Below, piece by piece: positions 13,101 through 24,931 of a stretch of 64,000 nucleotides of DNA (within the stretch, counting starts at the first letter, position 1; every line of letters starts with the position of its first letter). The notes beneath the pieces were generated by a model that saw only the letters and a program-made list of their open reading frames with translations, was not told where the DNA came from and did no database searches. The position numbers were made by a program, and so were the translations under genes. The stretch comes from the human T2T-CHM13v2.0 reference genome, Homo sapiens. The stretch lies in the NCBI RefSeq assembly GCF_009914755.1, contig NC_060947.1; one strand, 5' to 3'.

Positions 13101-14685
13101 TGTGTACTGATTAGCAGTTATTCATAAGTGTGTAATAAAGAGTAATTTAAGGTAAGCTAGTAAGAAGGCACACATGTCATTACACTATTTCTTTACCAAA
13201 TGATTTTGAGGTATTCTCTAGAAATATTTATATTGTGCAATGACAAACATAAGCTTTTATTAATTGAGTTAAAATAACTTTTATTTAAAGATGGAATCTA
13301 ATCACTATTGTATGTACAATTGTAAATCAGTATATAAAATATGATTATTGCTATATGTCTATATTTAATAAACTTTTTAGAACAATATTTTAATAGAGGA
13401 GTTCACACTTTTTTAAAACTTTATTCACTTATGAAGGAGACAATACCTAAAGGTCTAAAGGTCTGATGTCTAGAGCAAGAAAATAGGTTCATCCACACAT
13501 AACATACCACAGGAGCCCATTGAATATATGTGTCACAAATACTGTTCAGAAAAGCCCAATTTCTATCAACTCAAAAATCTAGCCAACCAAGGAAGAGAGC
13601 CACAAACTTACTATTGCTGCTTTTGTGTATAGGTATCCCAAACTTTTACAAATAGCTTATCATCGTGACTCACACTTAAACTTATTACCTTATTCTGGTT
13701 ATTTGTTGTTATGAATACCCTGAAAATACTTGCATAATTTAATAGAAAATTATGAACCAACAGAATAGCAATGTGGCATTACTACATTAAAGGAAGGTTA
13801 AGAGAAGGTTAATAGAAACAACTAGTAAAGTTACAATAACACCATACATATTCATAATAAAAGGCATAACAATATTCAGAGTGTTTGTGAAATAAAGGAA
13901 TTAGTTATATTTTGAGTTCTACAATTGTCTGATTTTTAAAGAATACTTTTCCCCAAATGGAAAGAAGCTCTATGGAAAGAAAGGAAAAATATAAATAAGA
14001 TGGCAGTAACAATGGGATTTCTTCTCACCAATGAGTCTGGGATGATATATGAGGCATGCAGTTACAACACCAGTTTCTAACTTAAGCCGGTATCTGTCAG
14101 TGAATTAAGTGCATATTTATCCAATCACTAAATATTTCAACACTTTAGTTTTGTCTTTGAAAAGCAATAATTATCACACTGCTTTTCTCACTAGATTATT
14201 GTGAGACTTCAAGTAAAATGTAACTGCTTAAGTAAATGGAAAAAAACTGAGTGCTCTGATTTAAAAAAGTAATGTTGTGATAACTAAAAGAGTTAAGTTG
14301 TCATGACTCACTCAACCTTTAGCAGCAAGCTTTAGCAGAATGCGTCATGACATTTTCATGGGAAATTTCTCCAACGTGTTTGGCAGATGACATAAAGTGA
14401 ATGTCCTTCCCTGTGGGATACTGTTATGCAGTCTACCGTAAGCTGTGAATGTATTCCAAGTGCCCAGTGCTGTCATCCTGCTATTCAGGCTCCTTCACTA
14501 TGTCATTGTATTTGTAAAGCAGCACCCCATTCTTTAGAACATGGTATATTTTTTTCTCATTTTCTCAGCAATGCAGCATTCATAGTTTAGCACATATTTT
14601 ACCAGCCCTTCGAGGCTTAGCTAGATGTCTAGATCATCTTACACATTTATTCAAACACAGATAATCCTGGTAAATAATGTTTTGG

Positions 14686-14970
14686 GGCCAGGCATGGTGG
14701 CTCATGCCATTTGAGAGGCCAAGGCAGGTGGATGGCTTGAGCCCAGGAGTGTTAGACCAATCTGGCAACATGGCAAAATCCTGTCTCTAAAAAACGTACA
14801 AAAATTAGCTGGGTGTGGTAATGCACGTTTTTAGTCCCAGCTACTCAGGAAACTGAGAGGTGGAAGGATCCCTTGAGCCCAGGAGGTCGAGGCTGCTGCA
14901 GTGAACCCTGATCAGGCCACTGCACTCCAGCCTAGATGAGGGAGTAAGACTCTATCTCAATAATAATAAT
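14686..14970 (+). mobile_element. AluJ with small left-arm deletion
   Basis: AluJ-type gcttgagcccaggagt and ggatcccttgagcccaggaggtcgaggctg; approximate TSD aataat(g/a)tttt. Confidence 0.88.
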
Positions 14971-15019
14971 ATTTTTGATGTTTGCATGTTCAAAACAAAG
15001 CCGCATAGACTGAGGATAG

Positions 15020-15177
15020 AATGGCTGCTCACAATTCTTAAATATGTGATAAAAATATACGTTGCCAGGCCCAATTTCCAAGATTCCAAATTAATAACAC
15101 TGGGATACAAATAAAAAATCTCTAAAGTAATTTCTTCAGGTGACTTTTCTGTGTAGCTGGTTTTGAGAACCACTGAT
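15020..15177. mobile_element. MER5-type hAT-Charlie relic
   Basis: Ends caggtgacttttct...ttttgagaaccactg, a MER5-like terminus. Confidence 0.45.
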
Positions 15178-15184
15178 ACAGAAG

Positions 15185-15420
15185 TGCTATGGCTTGAATG
15201 TCTATGCACCTCCAAAATTTACATTAAGGACACCATATAAGGGCACAGGGTTTGTCCCTTCTACAATGTGAGAATGCAGCAACAGAAACCATCTTGACAA
15301 CAGAGAGCAAGTCCTTAACTGACACACAGTCCAAGATTACTGGCAACTTAATCTTGGAATTCATAGCCGATAGAACTGTGAAAAATAAATATCTTATTTT
15401 TTTTAATTACCTGGTCCAGG
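15185..15420 (+). mobile_element. internally deleted MST/MLT1A-type MaLR LTR
   Basis: Starts tgctatggcttgaatgt; contains atcttggaattc...agaactgtgaaaaataaat...aattacctggtc. Confidence 0.65.
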
Positions 15421-15644
15421 GAAATACATTTTCTAAAACCAACTTTGTTTTTGAAGAAATTTAAATGCATTCACCAAAGAAACACAAGGAAATAAGGAGA
15501 TTTTCATAAGACAATGCATTCACTGTTATCTGACATGAAATATATATGGCAGCAAGAAAAACGTCTATTATAACATCCTGGAAGTACACAATAAAGGAGG
15601 ATGAAGAGAATAAACACTTAGGTAGAGTGTGATGTCTTTTGTTC

Positions 15645-16740
15645 TTTTTTATTTTCAACATTTCTTTTAGATTCAGAGGGTACATGTGCAAGTGTGTTCT
15701 GTGAGTAAATTGCATGTCACTGGGGTTTGGAATACAAATGCTTTTATCACCCAGGTGTAGTGAGCATACTATCCAATAGGTAGTTACTCAACCCTTACGA
15801 TGCTCCCACCCTTTTCCCTCAAGTAGACATCAGTGTCTGTTGTCCCCCTCTTTGTTTCCATATGTATTCAATTTTTAGCTCCCACTTATAAGTGAAAGCA
15901 GGTGGTATTTGGTTTTTTGTTACTGCATTAATTTGCTTAAGATAATGGCCTTCAGTTTGATCCATGCTGCTGCAAAGGACATTATTTCATTTTTTTCTAT
16001 GGCTGCATAATATTACATGGTGTATATGTACAACATTTTCTTTATCCAGTCAACCATTGATGGGCATTTAGGTTGATTCTGTGTTTTGGCATTGTGAAAA
16101 GTGCAGCAATGAACATACAAGTGGATGTATCTTTTTGGTAGAATGATTTATATTCCTTTGGAAATATACCCATTAATGGGATTGCTGGGTCGAATTGTTT
16201 TTCTAAGTTCACTAAGAAATATCTAGACTGCTTTGCACAGGGTCTGAACTAAATTTACATTCCCACAAGCTGTACATAAGCATTACCTTTTCTTCACAAC
16301 CTAACCAACATCTGTTATTTATTTTTTGCCTTTTTTTTTTTTTTTTTTTTTTCTGGAGACAGAGTTTCACTCTTCTTGGCCAGGCTGGAGTGCAATGGTG
16401 TGGTCTTGGCTCACTGCTACCTCTGCCTCCTGGATTGAAGTGATTCTTCTGTTTCAGTCTCCCAAGTAGCTGGGATTACATTACAGGTGCCTGCCACCAT
16501 GCCTGGCTAATTTTTGTATTTTTAGTAGAGACAGGGTTTCACCATGTTGGCCAGGCTGGTCTTGAACTCCTGACCTCAGGTGATCAATCCACCTCGGCCT
16601 CCCAAAGTGCTGGGATTACAGGCGTAAGCCTGTATCTACTTGTTGTTTTGATTTGCATGTGCCTGTTCACGTCCTTTGCCCATTTTTAATGAGTTTTTTT
16701 CTTGTTTTTTGATTTGTCTAATTTATTTCTAGATGCTGTG
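15645..16740 (-). mobile_element. L1PA15/16-like 3' end (split by an Alu)
   Basis: ttagattcagagggtacatgtgca...gtaaattgcatgtcactggggtttgg 3' UTR signature. Confidence 0.85.
16331..16630 (-). mobile_element. AluS (Sx/Sq-like), missing first ~12 nt
   Basis: Poly-T tail, ctcctgacctcaggtgatc, ends ggcgtaagcc. Confidence 0.92.
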
Positions 16741-16912
16741 TATCCATTTTGTGTTTTTTGATTTGAGGTTTCCACATGGCTTGCAAATAGCATCTTATTT
16801 TAAACTGATGACAACTTATCACTGACTGCATAAACAAAGATAAAATTAATGTAAACTCTACACTTTAACATCATCCTCCTCTTTTCAACATTTTTTGTTT
16901 CCATTTATATGT
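16741..16912 (-). mobile_element. L1M inter-ORF spacer fragment
   Basis: ttgaggtttccacatggcttgcaaata...ttttaaactgatgacaactta...aaactctacactttaac. Confidence 0.6.
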
Positions 16913-17038
16913 TATTGAGGATGGGACCTGGTGGGAGGTAATTGGATCACGGGTGTGGTTTCCTCCATGCTGTTCTAATGATAGTGAGTGATCTATGAGA
17001 GCTGATAGTTTTAAAATTGTTTGGCAGCTCCCCCTTTG

Positions 17039-17069
<31 letters not shown>

Positions 17070-17199
17070 GCCACCATGTAAGGTATGCTTGCTTCCCCTT
17101 TGCCTTCTGCCATGATTGGAAGTTTCCTGAGGTCTCCCCAGCCATGTGGAAATGTGACTCAATTAAACCTCCTTTCTACACAAATTACCCAGTATCAGG
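16913..17199 (+). mobile_element. MSTA-type LTR body; 5' ~55 nt missing, 3' terminus displaced to 17533-17564 on the minus strand
   Basis: ggacctggtgggaggtaattggatca...ccatgattggaagtttcctgaggtctccccagccatg...aattacccagtatcagg. Confidence 0.88.
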
Positions 17200-17532
17200 G
17201 ACCAATCCCAGAGAGACAGAGATATGTGACATTTCAGACAGAGAATTCAAAAGAGCTGTTTTGAGGAAAATTAAAGAAATTTGAGACAACACAGAGAAGG
17301 AATTAGAAATACTATCAGATAAATTTACCAAAGATATTCAAAATTCAAGAGTCCAGCAAAAATTCTGCACCTGAAAATTCATTTGACATACTGAAGAATA
17401 CATCAGAGTCTTTTAATAGCAGGATTGATCAAGCAGAAGAAAGAATTAGCTCAAAGACAGGCTATTTGAAAATAAACAGTCATAAGAGATAAGATAAAAA
17501 ATAATAAGAAAAATGAAGTACACCTACAATAT
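17200..17532 (+). mobile_element. L1 ORF1 5' fragment, inverted relative to the surrounding L1
   Basis: Peptide TNPRETEICDISDREFKRAVLRKIKEI (track 17021-17284) is ORF1 N-terminal/coiled-coil-like. Confidence 0.85.
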
Positions 17533-17564
17533 CGTATTTGTCCATTTTCACACTGCTATCAAGA

Positions 17565-18330
17565 TTGGTCCCTGGTGCTTTTTTCAGTATTTTTTGTGAG
17601 GTCATATTTTTCTGGATGGTCTTGATGCTTATGGTGTTCAACAGTCTCTGGGCATTAAAGAGTTAGGTATTTATTATAGTCTTCACAGTCTAGGCTTGTT
17701 TGCACCCATTCTTCTTGGGAAGGCTGTTCATGTATTTGAAGGGATTTGGGTGTTGTCATCTAAATTTTCGGTCACTGTAGCCATATGTGCATTAGGGATC
17801 ACCCCAAGCCCAGAAACATTGTGTTTTTTACAGACTCATAGAAATACTGCCTTGGTAGTTTTAATTAACATCCAGAATAATTCTCTGGATTACCAGGCAG
17901 AGACTCTTGTTCTTACTTTCTGCCCAACAAACAGAGCCTCTCTCTCTCTGTCGAGCTGCCTGGAGCTGTGAGAGGAGTAACACAGGCACCTCTCTGGCCA
18001 CCACCCCTGGGTGTATGCTGAGTCAAATCTGAAGCCAGCACAACACTGGGTCTTGTGCAAGGTCTGGTATAAACACTACCTGGCCTCTTCCTATGTTTGC
18101 TCAGGGCCCTAAGGCTCTGCAATCAGCAGGTGGTGGAGCCTGCCAGTCTGGTGACCTTCCCTTCAGAGTGGCAAGTTGCCCCAGGCCCTGAGTAGGTCCA
18201 GAGATGCCATAGAGAAGCCAGAGCCTGGAGTTGAAAACCTTAGAAAGCTAACTAGTGGTATATTCTACTGGAGGTGAGCCAGCACCCAAACTACAAGACA
18301 AATTCCTTCCCATTCTTCCTTCGTCTTTCC
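17565..18330 (-). mobile_element. L1M 5' UTR / ORF1 start
   Basis: gattggtccctggtgc...tctctggattaccaggcagagactcttgttct...aactacaagacaaattccttccca, typical antisense L1M 5' region. Confidence 0.75.
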
Positions 18331-18344
18331 TCCTTTTTTTTTGT

Positions 18345-18600
18345 TTTCTTTTACAAATTACCCAGTCTCAAATAGTTTCTTTATAGCAGTGTGAAAATGG
18401 ACTAATACAGAGAATTGGTACCGGCAGTGGTGCACTGCTATAAAGATAACCTGAAAATGTGGAAACGACTTTGGAACTGGATAACAGGCAGAGATTGGCA
18501 CAGTTTGGAGGACTGAGAAGAAGGAAAATGTGGGAAAGTTTGTAACTTCCTAGACGCTTGTTTATCGGTTTTGACCAAAATGCTGATAGTGAAATGGAAA
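18345..18600 (+). mobile_element. MSTA LTR 3' end plus start of MST internal region
   Basis: aaattacccagtctc...tatagcagtgtgaaaatggactaataca|gagaattggtacc...tttgaccaaaatgctgatagtga. Confidence 0.88.
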
Positions 18601-20430
18601 GAGACTATGGAGTTTTCTAGATATATAATTATATCTTCTGTTAAGAGAGACACTTTGGTTTCCTGTGTTTCTGTTTGGATGTCTTTTATTTCTTTCTTTT
18701 GCCTGTTTGCTCTGGCTGGCTAGGAGTTCCAGTGCTATGTTGAATAGGAGCAGTGAGAGACGGCGTCCTTGTTTGGTACCGGATCTCAAGGGCAATGCTT
18801 CCAGCTTTTGCCCATTCAGTATAATGTTGGCTGTGGATTTGTCATAAGTGGCTTGTATTATTTTGAGGTATGCTTCTTCAAAACCCAGTTTGCTGAGAAT
18901 TTTTTAACAGAAAGGAATATTGAATTTTATCAAAACACTCCTCTGGATTTACTGAGATGATCATAGGGTTTTTGTTTTTAGTTTTCCTTATACAATAAAT
19001 CCAATTTATTTATTTGTATGTGTTGAACCAACCTTGCATCCCAGGAATAAAGCCTACTTGATTGTGGCAAATTACTTTTTGATGTGCTGCTGGATTTGAT
19101 TTTCTAGTGTTTTGTTGAGGATTTTTGCATGTATGTTCATCAAAGATACTCACCTGAAATTTTCTTTCTCCTTTCTGTGTCGGCCAGGTTTTGATGTAAG
19201 AATAATTATTTCCTTTTAAAATTAGTTGTGGAGGAGTCTCTCCTCAATTATTTGAAATAGTGTCAGTAGGATTAGTACTAGTTCTTTATAAGTCTGGTGG
19301 AATTTGGCTGTGAATCAATCTGATCAAGGGTTTTCTCTGATTGGTAGGTATTACAGATTCAATTTCAGAACTTGTTATTGGTCTGTCTAGATATTTAATT
19401 TCTCCCTGGTTCAATCTTGGAAGGATGAATGTTTCTAGAAATTCATCAGTTTCTTCTAAGTTCTCTAGTTTGTGTGCATAGACAAGTTCATTATAGTTCC
19501 TAAGGGTTAATATTAATTTTTTTTGTATTTTTGTGAGGTCAGTGGTAATGTCAGATTTGTCATTTCTGATTGTGTTTATTTGGATCTACTCTTTTTTGTT
19601 TTCTTCTTTAGTATAGCTAGTGGTCTATCAGTCTTATTTATTCTTTCAAAAAACCAACTTTTGTTTACATTGATCTTCTGTATAAATTTTCATGACTTAC
19701 TTTCATTCAGTTCAGCTCTAACATTGGCTATATTTTCTTCTACTAGCTTTGGAGTTAGTTTGCTGTTGTATTTCTACTTGGCTTAGCTGTAATATTATAT
19801 TGTTAATTTGATATCTATTTTCTGATGTAGACATTTAGTGTTACAAACTTTTCTCTTAATACTATTTTAGCTGCGTTCTAGAGATTTTCATATTTTTATC
19901 TTTGTTTTCATTAGTTTCAAAGAATTTCTTGATTAATGCCTTAGTTTCTTTCTTTACCCAAAAGTTATTCAGGGGCAGGTTGTTTAATTTCCCTGTAAAG
20001 GGATGGTTTTGAGATATCTTATTTGTATTGATTTCTATTCTAATGAGACAATGGTCCAAGAGTGTGGTCAGTATGATATTTTTTAATTTTTGAATTGGTT
20101 GAGAATTGCTTTATGGCCAAGCATGTGGCCATTCTTAGAGTATGTTCCATGTGCAGATGAGAAGAAAGTACATTCTGTTGTTGGGTGATATGTTCTGTAG
20201 ATGTGTGTTAGGTTCATTTGTTCAAGTGTTGCATTTAGGTCTCAAATATATTTGTCAGTTTTCTACCTCAATGATCTGTCTCATACTGTTGGTAGGGTGT
20301 TTAAGCCTTCCACTATTATTGTGTAAATATCTAAGCATATTTGTAAGTTTCTAAGAACTTGTTTTATTAATCCGAGTGCTCCAGTGTTGGTTGCGTATAT
20401 ATTTAGGATTGTTAAGTCTTCTTGTTGGAC
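18601..20430 (-). mobile_element. L1 (old L1PA/PB) ORF2 endonuclease-RT region
   Basis: Antisense ORF2; track 18562-18795 [25 protein letters not shown] is the RT QG motif region. Confidence 0.9.
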
Positions 20431-20749
20431 AATCTCTGTTTAAAGTTATAATCAGTGTCTTTGAAAATAAAAGTAATTGTTACATGATGACATTTGCCTT
20501 TGATGCCTTCCAACTTCATTGTTCAACTACTATATTTTATCTCTTGAACTTTTAATCTCCCTTCTCTCAATCCAATGTTAACAGCCCTATGATCTTCAGA
20601 AACCTTACTTAAATAAAACCATGGTGGTCTGTTCTCCTTGATTCCATAGTATTTATAGCAATTAAGGCAGTTTTAAAGCCATAATAATGATAAAATACAA
20701 CAGTATGTATAATAATGTATAACCATATACACATATAACTTTGCATGTA

Positions 20750-21418
20750 ACTATATTTACATATATAAAACATTAAAACAATAACAATCAAATAATTCAG
20801 TGGCATTAAACACATTCACAGTGTTGTCAATTCATCACTACTATCTATTTAGAAAACTTTTTCATCATTACAAATAGAAACTCTTTAGTCATTAAACAAC
20901 AACTCTCCATTCCTCCATACCCCCAACCCGTAGCAACCACTATTTACGTTATCTGTGAATTTCACCATTCTAGTTGCTTCACATAACTGGAATCACACAA
21001 TATTTGTCCTTTTGTATCTGACCTATTTTATTTAGCATAACAGTTTTAAGGATTATTATTGTCATATCTTATAATTGATTTTAAGGCTAAATAATATTCC
21101 ATTTTATGTATATGGCACATTTAGTTTGTCCATTAATCTGTTAATATACATTTAATTTTTTTGACTTTTGGTTATTATGAATAATGTCATAATGAACATT
21201 CATGTACCAGTACCTTTTTGAGTCTCTACTTTCAATTCTCTTGGTTATATACCTGCAAGTAGAATATTTGGATCATATGGTAATTCTACATATAACTTCC
21301 TAAAGAATTGTCATACTGTTTCCACAGGAGCTGCACCATATAGATTTCCACCACCAAAGCAGAAAGGTTTCAATTTCTCCATATTCTTTTCAACATTTAT
21401 TTTTCATATATATATATA

Positions 21419-21474
<56 letters not shown>

Positions 21475-22145
21475 TAGCCATCTGATGTGCATTAAGTGGT
21501 ATCCCATTAGGGTTTTTATATGCATTTTCCTTATGATTAGTTTTGTCGAGCATCATTTCATACAATTAATGAGCATAAGTTCATTTTCTTTGAATAAATG
21601 TCTTTTTAAGTTCAATGCCTATTTTTATATTGGATTTCTTGTTGTTGGGTTGTACAAGTTGGTTATTCTGCATATTCATATTCTATTCAATATTTTATTT
21701 AATGATATGTTCTCCCATTCTGTGGGTCACCTTTTCACTGACTTGATTGGGTCACTTGATGAATAAAAATTTTTAGTTTTGACGCATTCTAATTATTCTA
21801 CTTTTTTTTCTTGACTCTGCTTTTGATGTCATATCCAAGAAATTATTATCAAATCCAATATTATAGAAATTTTCCTGCATATTTTCCTCTAAGGGTTTTA
21901 TAATTTTAGATCTTAAGTTTAGCTTTTGATCCATTTTCAGTTAATTTTTATATATGATATAAGATAATGGTCTAATTGCTTTTCAGTGTGTATATACAGT
22001 TTTCCTAGGACAACTTGCCGAAAAGAATATTTTCACTTTGAATGGTCTTGAAATTCTAGTCAAAGAGTCATTGACTAGAAAAGTTAGGGGTTATTTCTGG
22101 GCTCTTTATTATATTCCATAGGTTCACATATTGCCAGTTTATTTC
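20750..22145 (-). mobile_element. L1MB-type 3' portion with internal (TA)(TG)(CA) microsatellite at ~21406-21475
   Basis: aattcagtggcattaaacacattcacagtgttg...agaaaactttttcatca 3' UTR signature, then antisense ORF2 C-terminus. Confidence 0.8.
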
Positions 22146-22206
22146 TTTCAAATATATAACTTCAAATATATATATATTTACATATATATGTGTGTATATA
22201 TATATA

Positions 22207-23092
22207 TGATAGGTCTTCAAAAAGTTCATGGAAATGTATATTATGAAAAAACAATGCATGGATTTCAAAAATTTTTATACACAAATAAACTCATATTAAC
22301 TTGTTAGAACATGTCTGCACAGGATCTAGTTTAAGGGACCAAGAATTATAAGACATCAGTTTGAAAAGAACCCCTATAAGAGTGACATAAATTTTGCTAA
22401 AATTGAAGCAAGAAAGAACAACAAATGTATCATGAGGCCTGGGTGAAATAATGGTAAAATCACTGATGTTTTACTAAAGTTTATGGCGACAATTCCCCAA
22501 AGATATTATCAGTTTACAAATAGATAAACTCATTTTAAAAAGAGAAGAGAAAGTGTTGAAGATCAAGCCCCGAGTATCAGATTATGTACATCAATTTGTG
22601 AGAAAAAAAATGTATCTTGTTTGTGCTCTAATTAAAGACGAGCAATAATTAACAGCGGAAATAATAGCTAACACAATAGAAATATCAATTAGTTCAGCTT
22701 ACACAATTCTGACTGAAAAATTAATGTTGAGCAAACTTCCCACTTGATGGGTGCCAAAATCATTACACCCTCATCAGCTGCAAATCAGAGCAGAGCTTTC
22801 AATAAAAATTTTTAATAAGTAGGCTCAAGGTCCTGAAGCATTACTTCAGAGAATTGTAACAGGAGATGAAACATGGCTTTACCATTACAATCCTGAAGAC
22901 AAAGACAATCAAACCAATCACTATTGAGGATGGAAATGATCCAGTAAAAGCAAAAGTATAACATTCAAGAGCAGAGGTTTGGGCAACAGTGTTTTGGAAT
23001 GCTCAATGTATTTTTGCTTGTTAACTTTCTGGAGGGGCAAAGAACTATCAGTCTGCTTAATATGAGAGTGTTTTGAGAATACCCAAATATTT

Positions 23093-23130
<38 letters not shown>

Positions 23131-23523
23131 CCTGGGAAAGCTTCACTATGGAGTCTGTCTCCACCATGAAAATGTTCTTGCTCGCTTCTGTCATAAAACA
23201 AGGGCAATTTTGTGAGAGTTTCAAAGGTAAATCATTAGGCATCCACCTTACCATTTTTGGACACTTCTGACATATTTTTATTTCATGAGCTTAAAACAAT
23301 CTGGAAAGGGCACTTATTTTTCTTCAGTTAATAATGTAATAAAGACTACACTGACATTGGTAAATTTCCAGGACCCTCAGTTCTTTACGGATGGACTAAA
23401 TGGCTGGTATCATCCCTTACAAAAGTGTCTTGAACTTAATAAAGTTTGTACTGAGAAATAAAGTTTATATGTTTTATTTTTATCTTTTATTTTTTCGCGA
23501 ACCTTTTCAAGTCTCTCTCTCTG
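22207..23523 (+). mobile_element. near full-length HSMAR2 mariner DNA transposon
   Basis: Left TIR ggtcttcaaaaagttcatggaaa and right TIR ttcgcgaaccttttcaagtc, TA at both flanks, ~1.3 kb. The 5' sequence matches the recalled HSMAR2 consensus. Confidence 0.92.
22387..23461 (+). pseudogene. decayed HSMAR2 mariner transposase
   Basis: Start ATG mutated to ATA before NFAKIEAR. WVPK at 22748-22759 and IVTGDETW (first catalytic Asp) at 22853-22876. HPPY at ~23240 with YSPDLAP eroded. Several stops/frameshifts and a (CA)n expansion at 23095-23128. Confidence 0.88.
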
Positions 23524-23544
23524 TATACATATACATAACTTTAA

Positions 23545-23990
23545 ATATAATGTCCAACTTCCTCCTGACCTCCAAAGTTTGTAATAAGAACCCAGCTAAT
23601 AATCTCATTTTTTATGGTTAAAGACTGTAGTAGTTCACTATTTTGCGACTGATCCAAACTCTTTTTTCAAAGAACATTTCTTTTTATGTGGGCCCACTGA
23701 ATTCGGCTTCTTTAGTTAGCATTCAGCTAATGTTTTGACACAGATTCCCTTTAATGCCAGGAGATAAACCAAACAAGCAACAGAAAAGAACTACCACCAT
23801 TCCCAATTTCTCCACACTGGCTTTGTGCTGGAGCATTTTTTCCAACATTAGCTAGGCTTGGACTCATCCTACTGATAATCCTGAAGTGAAAGCTTAAAGT
23901 TTTCTCAGGTTCTTACTGAACATGCCTCTTGTCTGAGCATGTATATGGCTTTCTAAATTGTCCTGTACATGCTGTTTTGATGTTTAAACT
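23545..23990 (-). mobile_element. old L1M ORF1/5' fragments
   Basis: cttcctcctgacctccaaagtttgtaataagaacccagctaataatc resembles antisense ORF1; the rest is weak. Confidence 0.4.
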
Positions 23991-24049
23991 AATTAGAGAA
24001 AGTCTTTTTCCAATTAAGAACTATGATTTATTTTTATAATGTTATAGTA

Positions 24050-24290
24050 AAATGATAGTATTTGCCATGTACTAAGAATCTACTACGTTCAAACAATTGT
24101 GTCACAACTTGTATATACATTAACAATCTATACAAGAAATCTGCAAGGTGAGTATTATTACCTTTGCTTTGTAGATAAAGAAACTGAAGTGCATAAAAAT
24201 TAATTAAATTCCCATTGTCACAAAATTAATGTGGCACATTCAATTCTGTCTGTTCAAAAGCCTGAGCAATTTCTACTACACCATTGCACT
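24050..24290 (-). mobile_element. MIR SINE
   Basis: Core tattattacctttgctttgtagataaagaaactgaag and end tttctactacaccattg. Confidence 0.65.
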
Positions 24291-24873
24291 TTGCTGATAT
24301 CTTGAAAGACTGAATGCGGGTTTCAAAGTAAATATTCAACTACGTACTGTTCTAGAATAGTCAGATTAAGCAATTACACACGTTTCAGTTCCTCTGCCTT
24401 CAATTTCCACTTCTGCAGCATTTATATCAACAAGTCATTTGGAACAGAACCTCACCATAAACCACTGTCTGAGTACCATGTGTGCAAGCTATAGAAATAA
24501 ACATAGTGAGATCATCAATTTGAATAGAACTGAAGTATATAAAAAGACAGATATTTCATGGTAGCAAGTCTTGTTAATTTGCCTCAAATTCCTAAAGGGC
24601 ATAAATTTTAGAGAAGATAGAGATCATATACCTTAAAAACAAAACAGAATAACAAAGGCACAATGTTTATTGATTATTTCTACCAGAAAATATTTTGCAA
24701 ATATAACTGTATCTGATATAACAGATAAATAATAGCTTATCCACAGAAAACTCATCTTTGTTTATAGCACTCATTCTGGAAATAGCAATGCCCACCTCTT
24801 GAGGCTCTAGGCATTGGTAAGGTGTTATGTTAACCAAAATGTTACTTATTTGTCACTCTAATTTTCTATCATT

Positions 24874-24931
24874 TTCTCTCTCTCTCTCTCTCTCTCGGTG
24901 TGTGTGTGTGTGTGTGTGTGTGTTTGTGTGT
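24874..24931. repeat. compound (CT)n(GT)n microsatellite
   Basis: Read directly. Confidence 0.92.
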
